DNA from: Mytilus edulis
Lineage: Eukaryota
DNA length: 64,000 nt
Assembly: GCF_963676685.1 (NCBI RefSeq)
Contig: NC_092345.1
Span: 15,686,001-15,750,000 of the forward strand
Direction of reading: 5' to 3'
Below are positions 38,001 through 50,739 of this stretch, in pieces; positions within the stretch are counted from its first letter, which is position 1; each line of letters begins with the position of its first letter. The notes beneath the pieces are model-generated. The model saw nothing but the letters and a program-made list of their open reading frames with translations. It made no database searches and was not told where the DNA came from. A program made the translations under genes and the position numbers.

Positions 38001-41000
38001 ACAACAGGTTTTGTTGACAGACTTAGATCCCCCATAATCTCCAAGGTGCTGGATAGAAAAATGGGGAATTAAACTAATGGTATACACCTGTGTTTCCGTA
38101 GATAATGAGGTATGGAGGGAGGCAAACAAACACTACCCTCGTACACCTACAGATCAGCTTAAAGCTTATCTGTATTATAAAAGTGTGAATCTGTTCAGAC
38201 GGTTAAATCTGTTTAAATATTACCCATTCAGAATTGACAATATCTCCAACAACAAACATGCTCCACACAATAGAACAAGACGGACGAAAATTGAATCTGG
38301 GATATTGAATTACGTAACTTTTCTTCATTTACATTGTTAAAACTATATTTAATTGATTGAATTTTTCGCCAAATCATAAAACATATGTTGCTGTCACCAC
38401 TGTTCTCATATTAAAAGTACGGTATTTACATGTAAACAAACCTAGATTACAGACAAAGATGACAGAGGAATATAAAAACATTTGATTTTACAAGTTAAAT
38501 TTGAAATTTGGGGATTTTTTTTATTTTTTAAATTTAAAATTGGCTGGGACGGCAAAAAAACCTTTATCCTTTTTACTTGTTTTTGCAAGAAAATGAATGA
38601 AAAAAAATCTAAAATAAACATTTTCAAGACTTTGAATGTAAAAATTAAGTGTTTCATTAAACGAGTGAATTTTTCTTCCTCTGTTTAAGCTTGCATTCTT
38701 ATAAAAATAATAAAGAAACAGCAAAACTTTTCTGATTGAATCATAGTAAAAGTTGAAAGGTCTTTTTTATGTGGGAAATGAATGGAAATACTGTGGTTGA
38801 AGAAATTTCACACATTTCACAACTGGCTTCTAGGTGAATCAAGACAAATAACTTTGAAATTTTGAAATATACCAGAACAACTTACATGTAACCTTTATTG
38901 TCAATGTCATTTGCTCTATTTTATTTGTTATTGCTTGTTTTATCTATTAAAAAAATTAGTGGATAAAAAATCATCAGATATTCATAAATGTTGAATAAAT
39001 CTAAAATCCCACATATTTTACAATATTGTCAAAGTAGAGTTTATGTGACTGTATATCTTTTCAATATCTCCCATAAAATCAAATCTAGATAGAATTCTTT
39101 TTCAACTAATTTCATAAAACATTTTTTTTGTTGCAATAAAAAAAAGATTAACTATCAAAATATAATGTTGTGTATTGAAATTATGGTTTAACTAAATAAT
39201 GTAACAATTTTTAGTGAACCTCCTATAAATCTGTATGAATAAAAAGTATGTTGATGAGACTTCAAAGAATTTATCTGATGATAATATTGTCAAAACACTT
39301 TAAAATGAAAACCTGAATATTTCTTGTGTGTGTGAACATGCATCTCCACTCTTGCATTTAACTAATAAAATAAACAATAATTTCCTCATGCTTCATGACG
39401 TTGAGAACAATTCAAAGTGACTCACAAAGCTAAAAAATGTTTGATCATGTTTACTATAAATTATAAATCGGACAACACTTTCCCTATCTACGTAAGACTT
39501 TCTATTCAATCTTTATAAATTCTTCTTTCATTCAATATTAACTTCTTTATGTTGTGGACAACAAGTAAATTAAGGAAACATTCTCCAGAAGAAATTGGTG
39601 TACATGTATTTGTCATCACAACACGATATTGACATTTTCAGATCTATCGAGATAACATAAACACCATCGAAATCCTCCTTCCTTCAAAGAACCCCCTTCC
39701 ACTTGTCAGCTTTTGTCACCTCAAAGATTTACACATATCATAGGAACCTAGATACACAAAGTTTTCTTTTCACTATTTGAATGGAGACAAAAATAGATAA
39801 AACTTTATAATGAATCAATTTATCCAACATTTTTAGTCAAAAATAATTTGATACATGTCATATGACATTCATACAAAGGGTGAATAAATTATTTTTTAAT
39901 ATATATTTTACTGGAAGATTTATAAATGAATATGACTTAATCTTCACAACATTTTATCAGATTTCTTGTCCATTAAAGACCACTGTATATGCTGTCACTT
40001 GATGTCATTAATACAATTTTGTGAAAGAAATATCAATAACAAGCTACAGAACTCATGTATCCAGCTTATAAAAGAAGCAGGGTTTTAAAAGTTTCAAAAT
40101 TATTTTCTATAACTGTGGATAGAGCAAATCATTGGTCAATTTTATGTGACCTCTATATATAAAACCTAAAATAGCTTCTATCATGTCAGATCTGAAAAAA
40201 ACCTATTCCCTTTTTAAATTATACCCCTTATATAGCAAAAACTGGAAACCACTCAGCATGGATCATACTTGTGATGAGCAACAAAACTTAAGAACCTTTA
40301 ATAATCAAGATCTCATTCCCCTAGTCCCCCCTCTATATAAACTATGATTTTTGACAGTCTGACACAAATTCTCTTAAATTTGACCTTGATCTTTGACCAA
40401 GTAACTAAAATACCAATTTGTGGTCTTGCTCTTCATCCTCTTGTTATATGTAAGCACAAATCCAAATACAATTGCAATCCTGTGTAATGCATCCTTTAAA
40501 CTTTTCTGAATAAATTTCAGCTTTTAAATCGAAATTTTGACCCTGACTTTTAGACAAAATAAGATATAAATCAATAGGTATCTTCCTCTCATTATAAGTA
40601 TTCATACACCCAAGTAAGTTTGCAATCTATATGATATCTAATATATGAAGTATTTGATTTAGCATCCATTTTTAAAACCCATTTTTCTGCACATATTTCT
40701 ATTTCTTTTTTGGGTAACCTTGAAGTACAGACCTCAAAATCAATAGGGATCATTCTCATATATCATGTGACAATTTGTCCTGGTAAGATTGCATGCCAAT
40801 ATGTAGTATTCGATTAAGCATCTTGAAACACCTATTTGCAAAAACTTAATTCTATTTTTGGTCCTTTGGCCTTGATCACATGATGGCATCACAATCAAAA
40901 GGGGTCTTCTTCACTTTGAACTAGCACAATTTAAATCAATTTAACTTCGTGTGTCTATCTAGCTTATATATATAGTCATTAAGTACAAAGCAAAATTCAT

Positions 41001-44000
41001 ATTCAAATCAAATTAAAATGTTTTTGTCCTGATATGAATGTAATATTTGCTACTAGACTTTAAACACCAATCAATCATCATCATCATCAATATCTCAAGT
41101 GTTATACCTACCTTTTCAACCGAATTTTAGGTACTTGGGATTCATTAATGATCGTTGAATACCAATTTCATGGATTTCAAGGGTACAGGGGAGTCATGAA
41201 TAAAAATGTTCAACGAAGTACAAATTTTCTAAAGGAGTGTATGCAGACTTTGCCAAAACCACAAAATTAAAAATTCACGAAAAATGAAAATTCTGCTCAA
41301 ACTAAAAAAAATGCTACCCACGAAAATAAATGAATCTACAGTATATAAAAAGAATATTTTGATTGGCTTATGTAGTCCTTTGAGTAGTAGAATAATAAAA
41401 AGTCCTCGTAATAAATGAGATCTTACCTTGAAAAGTTTATCATATACCATGTCCACAATACCAAAGAATACAAAATAGGGTTTGTATACACTGTACTCTA
41501 GTACCTTTTTGTTGGATAAACTGTGGAAAAATACAAATTAAATCATTTACAATTTGATAGTGTAGGATAATATCATATACAATTTGATAGTGTAGGATAA
41601 TATCATTTACAATTTGATAGTGTAGGATAATATCATTTACAATTTGATAGTGTAGGATAATATCATTTACAATTTGATAGTGTAGGATAATATCATTTAC
41701 AATTTGATAGTGTAGGATAATATCATTTACAATTTTTGATAGTGTAGGATAATATCATTTACAATTTGATAGTGTAGGATAATATCATTTACAATTTGAT
41801 AGTGTAGGATAATATCATTTACAATTTGATAGTGTAGGATTATATCATTTACAATTTGATAGTGTAGGATAATATCATTTACAATATCATTTACAATTTG
41901 ATAGTGTAGGATAATATCATTTACAATTTGATAGTGTAGGATAATATCATTTACAATTTGATAGTGTAGGATAATATCATTTACAATTTGATAGTGTAGG
42001 ATAATATCATTTACAATTTGATAGTGAAGGATAATATCATTTACAATTTGATAGTGTAGGATAATATCATTTACAATTAATAGTGTAGGATAATATCATT
42101 TACAATTTGATAGTGTAGGATAATATCATTTACAATTTGATAGTGTAGGATAAAATCATTTACAATTTGATAGTGTAGGATAATATCATTTACAATTTGA
42201 TAGTGTAGGATAATATCATTTACAATTAATAGTGTAGGATAATATCATTTACAATTTGATAGTGTAGGATAATATCATTTACAATTTGATAGTGTAGGAT
42301 AATATCATTTACAATTTGATAGTGAAGGATAATATCATTTACAATTTGATAGTGTAGGATAATATCATTTACAATTTGATAGTGTAGGATAATATCATTT
42401 ACAATAATAGTGTAGGATAATATCATTTACAATTTGATAGTGTAGGATAATATCATTTACAATTTGATAGTGAAGGATAATATCATTTACAATTTGATAG
42501 TGAAGGATAATATCATTTACAATTTGATAGTGTAGGATAATATCATTTACAATTTGATAGTGTAGGATAATATCATTTACAATTTGATAGTGAAGGATAA
42601 TATCATTTACAATTTGATAGTGTAGGATAATATCATTTACAATTTGATAGTGTAGGATAATATCATTTACAATTAATAGTGTAGGATAATATCATTTACA
42701 ATTTGATAGTGAAGGATAATATCATTTACAATTTGATAGTGAAGGATAATATCATTTACAATTTGAAAGTGTAGGATAATATCATTTACAATTTGATAGT
42801 GTAGGATAAAGTGTTTGTGCAATAAAAAAATAATCACAACATATTTGAAATGAAGTACATGTATTGTTATTTCATAGTATTCCATAACTTTTCATCAAAT
42901 TTAACACTGTTATAAATTCATGAGATATACCATTTTACTTCCTTTTCTTATGCAACAAATACATAAATTAATCAGTTTAAAAATTAACAATAAATTCACA
43001 ACAAGCTTAGGTTGATAAATTATTTTTTTTAGGTTCATTTCAACAATTTCACATGATCAAAATATTTTATACAAACATGTCAGAAACTGATTCTATTCAA
43101 TTTTGTCTACCTAATGCCAAAAAATATTTAAAATTCTGTGACCTAACCAGTTTAAACATACTTTATTGTTCAAAATGACAAATGGATCAGCCTAACTGCT
43201 CCTAATGCTGAGCAGTAAGCAGGCATCAAAGGTTACAACAGCTACTGGAATATTACACATTCAAGCATCACAGATGAGTCTTTTGTAAACAAAGTGCACA
43301 TCTTGTGTACAAAATATGAGCTTAGACTTAATAACTACTTTAATACTAACCTTGGCTGTCCAGTGGCAGATTGATATCTAGCTTGGGCCAGTACTAGTAA
43401 TCTCTTGAGTAATTCTACTTTAGTATCTTTCCACATACTATAAGGATGTATATGTAGTGTCATCACTGTCCAGTATAATGCTCCCTCAGTCTGTAAGTGT
43501 ACAACATTACATCAACAATACTGCGGTTTTATTATTATTTGTTGGATACACATTTTACGTGGATTTCACAAATTCTTTTCTTTGATTCAGAATTTGTTAA
43601 AAGATCAAATTAATGAAAAAGATATTTTCAAGATTTCTTTTCATGAAATAGTGTTGGATATGAAAACGAAATTAAATTCATATCTTTAAACAACTCAAAC
43701 TGATTCACATGGTTCATGGAATATTTTTTAACAAAAGTGTGTTACAATTATTTAGTTCCTTCTTTTTTCTCATTATCAGTACAAGATAAACTTGCTTTTT
43801 GATCATCTTAATGAAAGAAAGATACAACAAACATGAATAGTTAAATGACAAGATTTTTATCCAAAGAAAGATAACTCTATTTACCTCATAGCTATTTTCC
43901 AACCATTTTTCTTTTGGCAGAGTAATAAAATTGTTGAAGTTCTTCTCTTCTCTTCCCACAGATCTTGTTCTATAAAACAAAGTAAAATCATGATTCAAAT

Positions 44001-47000
44001 GATATACAAAGGACACTCACTTTATGTAAACAATATTAGATAATAACAGTAAACCATGTCTTAAGTCAACTTTTTTTTTAGATCTGGCAATATAGATCAG
44101 ATACATTTCTGAATGTTGTATAAATGTTTAGACATCTGTTAACTTTATTAAAAAAAAATCCTAAGCTCTCATAAAGATCTGTTTCTAGTAATTGATAGCC
44201 CCAATATTTTATCATATAGCCAGAATATATTACAATATATATTTAACTAAATATCTAACAATAAATATAATACAATCCAATATGTTATCAGTTTAAACAT
44301 ATTATATGATTCAAAATGGCAAATGTGTAAAATTGTAAATGTGTCTATCTGAGCCAGGAGACTGTAGATAATTGATTGGTATTGGTTTCTGTCTGTTATA
44401 CTCATTTTCAAAATCTTTTAGCTTAAACAGAAAGTCAGTTCAAATTTTCTATATTTTGTTATTCTTGACCTTCTATAGCTTCCTATAAATTATAACTTTT
44501 GGTATTTTTTTCAAGTCAGTACATGTTTGGTCTATAGTGGAAGGTTGTCTTGATGGCAATCATATATCACAATACCCTTTTTTTAACAGCTTAGACACAA
44601 GTTGCATAAATATCATTAATTATTCAACATAAAACTACCCATGTAAGAACCTTTAAAATACAAGCACATTTTAAAATTACATATTGATAACATATTAAGT
44701 CAAAATAAATGTCGTAAATTATTCAACGTCATAACTACCCATGTAAGAAACCTTAAAAAATACAATCACATTTTAAACTTACGTATTAATAACATATAAA
44801 GCCATATGAATCATGGCTGGCAGTACATGCATGTTACTTTGTCGACCACCACCACCACTTTCCTGACTAAATGACTTCTCCTGGGCAAACTTAAGAATAA
44901 GATGTTTGACATCATGTATGTTGTAAGGATAACTAGGATCTCTGATTCCTGTACAGTCTTGGATATATGTGTTGTGTCTGAAATGAAATATTTTAAGTAT
45001 AAAGATAACGTTCTAAACAAGCTTTTGGGTTTAGCCACCAAACATAACATACCTGTCAACTCACCCGTTTTTTGCGGGTGACACCCGTTATTTTCACCTC
45101 TCACCCGGGAGTTTTTCTTTACCCGGCGGGTCCCGGGAATTTCTAACATTACCCGTTTCACCCGGATTTCTGACCAGAATTGTTTCCGGTATTTAGAAGT
45201 AATACGACCTTCGGTTTTATCGGTCTTTTTCAATGTAACCAAAAGTCAAAATGTAGGACTGTTTACCTGAGCTACGTAACGATATGAAGAGACAACACAG
45301 CTACAAGATGAGTTCAGTGACTATCAGTTGACCCCATTAGATGAACTTCCACTTTGCACTTCCCCCGAAACTGACATTGGTACATTTTGGGGAGAAATGT
45401 CCAAGTTGCATGACATTTTTCTTAACAAGCCAAGATTTTTGTTTTGTCAAAACTTGCTAAAACATTACTGGTTTTGCCAAACAGCAATGCAGACAGTGAG
45501 AGGGCATTTTCTTTAGTAAAGAAAATAGCTACAGAGTTTAGGGCTGATCTTAATAAGGATACACTGTGTGCTCTTCTTTCTTGTAAAATGAATACACATT
45601 TGCATTGCTATGAACTGAAACCAAGTGCAGTTCTTTTAAAGAATGCCAAGTCTGCTACTATGGAATATAACAATAGTCTGAAATAAACTTGTATACATGT
45701 TCTAACTGTTTCATATACATATTGACTATATTGACTATATAAATTATATGTAAACATATTTTTGTTCTTCAATTGAGCCCGCAAAATGTCGTACGCGTTA
45801 TGACCCGAGATTTTTTTTCTCAATGCAGGTCATGACCTGACTTTTCATTTTCAGAGGTTGACAGGTATGAACATAATCATGTGATTATAAAAGTAATTCT
45901 AATATTACTTATCATATTTTCCATTGCACATATTTATCTGATGGAATAATGGGAATAACTATCTTTTTATCTTACCTTGCAAGACAAGTGGCAAATGCTG
46001 ATTCTTGGACTTGAGGTCCCCAAAGGGGCAATAATCCATTACATTTAGTGTTAGCATTTTGTAGAGCTGCACTTTCCCATTCTTCTCTCCCTCTGGCATG
46101 TCTGTAACCAAAAATATCATATCATTACAAGATAGTATTCTATTTTAGAATGCCTTTTAAAAAATACATATCATTACAAGATAGTATTCTGTTTTAGAAT
46201 GCCTTTTAAAAAATACATATCATTACAAGATAGTATTCTGTTTTAGAATGCCTTTTAAAAAATACATATCATTACAAGATAGTATTCTATTTTAGAATGC
46301 CTTTTAAAAACAGGTAAAGATATTAAAGCTTGAATTAAGTAAAATCGAATCTAAAGCTGGGCTAACACTACTTCAGTCTTTGATAGAAGTGACAGTAAAC
46401 AGAGAAATGTTCATTTAATTTAATGTTTTTAGTTTTGCCATGGTATTCTATCTATTTAATTCATTTTTGTACAGTCAAAATACAGTTTCTTTCATAATTG
46501 AGAATATCTTAACATTAACAGTTGTCTCAGGTAAAGTTTTAAGAATTATTTATCAAGCTTTACACAATTATATTTTTCAACTTGTCAGGATTTACCATTT
46601 CATGTAAAAACAAGAATGTGTCCTCAGTACACGAATGCCCCACTCACACTATCATTTTCTATGTTCAGTGGACCGTGAAATTGGGGTAAAATCTCTAATT
46701 TGGCATTAAAATTAGAAAGATCATATCATAGGGAACATGTGTACCAAGTTTGAAGTCGATTGGACTTCAACTTCATCAAAAACTACCTCGACCAAAAACT
46801 TTAACCTGAAGCGGGACAGACGGACGGACGCACAGACCAGAAAACATAATGCCCCTCTACTATCGTAGGTGGCTTCTATGTTCAGTGGACCGTGAAATTG
46901 GGGTAAAATCTCTAATTTGGCATTGAAATTAGAAAGATCATATCATAGGGAACATGTGTACCAAGTTTGAAGTCGATTGGACTTCAACTTCATCAAAAAC

Positions 47001-50000
47001 TACCTCGACCAAAAACTTTAACCTGAAGCGGGACAGACGGACAAACGGACGAACGAATGAATGGACGAACGGACGCACAGACCAGAAAACATAATGCCCC
47101 TCTACTATCGTAGGTGGGGCATAAAAATCATATCATTCTAAATTACAAACTATGGCTTTCACTAAGGAAATAAGGTTTGAAATTTTCAACATTTTGTCAA
47201 CAATATTAATTTTACAAATCAAATCTCATAACATTTTTTATTTATTAAATCCTGAAAACTTCCAATCCTCCTGCTCACCTTACAGCCGCTGTATGACAGT
47301 CTACATGGATGACATTAAAATGTGACACTGTAGAATATCCTATGGCTTTACGTGGCTTGTTATCAAAGTCATCCAGGTTTACTCTCTTGGTAAAAGTATA
47401 AATAGCCAAAACCTGTAAAATCACAAAAAAATAAATATGATTCTAGTTGACCTTATCCTTGATCTTGTAACAATAAAGTACAAATATTTAAATTTTTTAG
47501 AAAAAGTCACCCAGTCTATAGAAATTATGTACTTGAATTTCAAATTTGGGGTTTAATTTTATTTATGAAATCCAAAAAAATCGGTACCCCAAGTAAATTT
47601 TCAGATCTAATAGTCCACATAATATTTCCTCTATTCAGGGGCAAATTTGACCATGCAGTGGCAGGGTTTGGACCCCCCCCCCCCTTTTTTTGACGATCAA
47701 TGCATTTGAATGGGGACATATGGTTGGAACCCCCCCCCCCCCCCTTATCCTGGAATGGGAACCCTCCTTTTGAAAATGGCTGGATCCAAGAGCATTTTAT
47801 TATACACCTGTTGACCCCCAAACCTCTATGTTTTATACAAGACCTTGCTTTCCTAGAAGGGATCCATATAAGATGAAGAATAAGACATACCTTTTGAGGC
47901 TGACATCTATAGCCTTCCCTACAGATACAGCATGTTAGCCCCGTCTCTTCCTTTATATCATCCATCTGTTTTAACACTGATCCTTTTACTGTAACCTGAC
48001 CTTTGTCATTAGTCTAAAATAAAGTGGAAAATTGATGACAAAATATCATTTATACATGCACAACCAACAAATAATTGTTTGTCAAATATATTTTTTGGAC
48101 TAACAGAACAATAATGATGATTAAAAAATCCTTTGATATATCTAACAGACGTCATTCGTATATCTCTACATAAAATTTGACAGTATGCCCTTCTGATTGT
48201 TTACTATTTTCAAAGTAATATTATAAATTAGTTGAACTTTATAAGGCAGTTTTACATACCTCTTCTTAAAAAAATCCCCATATATTAAACTTTAAATCTA
48301 CCTAAACAGAATTAAATGATGACCTACCATCATGCCTAAAGCTCCCAACTGTTTCTCTCTCTTGGCCATAGCTCTTTTCTTTTTCTCTGCCTTTGTTTGT
48401 TGACGAACTTCCTCAATCTATGAAAACAAAATTATTGTATACTAAAGGGATACAGATACGTAATATTATTAAAATTGAGAATGGAAATGGGGAATGTGTC
48501 AAAGAGACAACAACCTGACCAAATAAAAAACAACAGCAGAGGGTCACCAACAGGTCTTCAATGTAGTGAGAAATTCCCGCACCTGGAGGCGTCCTTCAGC
48601 TGGCCCCTAAACAAATATATACTAGTCCAGTGATAATGAACGCCATACTAATTTCCAAATTGTACACAAGAAACTAAAATTAAAATAATACAAGACTAAC
48701 AAAGGCCAGAGGCTCCTGACTTGGGACAGGCGCAAAAATGCGGCGGGGTTAAACATGTTTGTGAGATCTCCCCCCTCCCCCTATACCTCTAACCAATGTA
48801 GTAAAGTAAACGCATAACAATACGCACATTAAAATTCAGTTCAAGAGAAATCCGAGTCCGATTGTCAGAAGATGTAACCAAAGAAAATAAACAAAATGAC
48901 AATAATACATAAATAACAACAGACTACTAGCAGTTAACTGACATGCCAGCTCCAGACTTCAATTAAACTGACTGAAAGATTATGATTTCATCATATGAAC
49001 ATCAGGCACAATCCTTCCCGTTGTATTGTACTGTATATTGAAAATGAAATTAAAATTGAAATTGAATTGAATTTAATTGAATCAAATTTTATTGAATAAT
49101 TGAATTGAATTGGTATGGTATTAATAATATTAACATAAGTATTGCCACATGTTTGTGATTTCTGTTTTTGAAACTTTTTACTTTTATCATTTACCCCATG
49201 ATTTACAACAAAAACATGACTTTTAGACAATAGTCAGTATTTTTATGGAAAATATGTCTTTACAGTAAGGTATTTTAAACTAACCTTTTCTGAGACTTTT
49301 TCATTACCAGACAATGCCTCCAGTAAGTTCTCTGCCACTGTACCTATATGTTGATCAGAAGATGCCTGTTCTAATTTATGTAATACTGCTATCAACTCTG
49401 ACCCCACAACCAACTAAAATATACAAATAAAAAGCTTCTTTACATTTTTTTTTACAAATTCTGTTAAAAATCTTATGTCAAAAAAACACACAAGTTTCAA
49501 TGTTAACAAACAATAAATATCTTTTGACACAGTCTTCGGTCTTAAAAAAATAGTATGGGAAAAATGCAGGAATTTATTGTATCTTCAAAATTTATTATTA
49601 TTTGTCAGGATGATTATGCTAAACTTCAATCAAAAGCTTCACTGAGCGCAGCTGGATACAACTGTAGAGGTCTAATCCTGATCAGTTTGGGCAAAAATGG
49701 ACGCCATATTCGAGCTTGATACAGGTCTGAATTTGAATTGTAATTAAATATTTGACATAAGTTTCTAACACAGAATAACTGTAGTCAATGTAGAGTTATG
49801 ATTAATTGACTAACCTGAGTTGGAGTATGTCCAGCACACAGTCCGGTCAGTAACCTCAAGATATAACTCAGAGAAGGTTTCTCAAGGAAATCTTTCCAGT
49901 TGGCCACATCAGTCCTGTAATAAACAATACTATATGGAGACTTCAATGTTAACTTTTTAAAAACAAGTGTTTTTCTAATTCCACGAACATTTTTTATCAG

Positions 50001-50708
50001 TTTTCTTCTTTTAAAGTAATCAGTAATTTTATAATTCTATTGAAAAAAATAATAAAAACAATAAATGTATTAAACAACAAAGATAATTTGAAAATATTAA
50101 AGTCTTTGTTCACTTGAAAGAATAATTTTACATTTATCAACAGTTTGAATTAAAGAACCTTAGTGAGCGCACTCACATACCCCACGTCCCCACATTGTCA
50201 TTGGAGAAATAAAATATGTGTAAGAAAAAAAATTGTATCAGAAAAAAAAATTGAATCATAATTTCTTGTCAATATGCACATCTACATAGTATGTGCTTAT
50301 TATCTACAAAGTTTCATGAAATTATGTTGTGTGGTTTCAGAGGAGTTGCGATGACAAACTGTTGCAGTAGTACATTAAAGTAAATAAGTTCAAAGGGGCG
50401 TAAATCCTGGGAAAAAAATTGAATAGTAATTTCCTGTCGATATGCACATCTACGGTGTATGTCCTTATTATCTGAAAAGGTTTCATGAAATTCTGTTGTG
50501 TGGTTTGAGAGGAGTTGCGATGACAAACTGTTGCAGTAGTACATTAAAGTAAATAAGTTCAAAGGGGCAAAAATTGAATCGCAATTTCCTGTCGATATGC
50601 ACAACTACATAGTAAGTATGTCCTTATTATCTAAAAAGGTTTAATGAAATTCTGTTGTGTGGTTTGAGAGGAGTTGCCATGACAAGAAACAGGACTGACG
50701 GACGGACT

Positions 50709-50739
<31 letters not shown>

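Noticed and set aside
42226-42885. ([10 protein letters not shown])n ORFs
   Set aside because: Translation of the 30-bp minisatellite, broken by indels and stops
44811-45242. 143-aa minus-strand ORF
   Set aside because: Chimeric read-through of the hAT end into an alternative frame of a UBR4 exon
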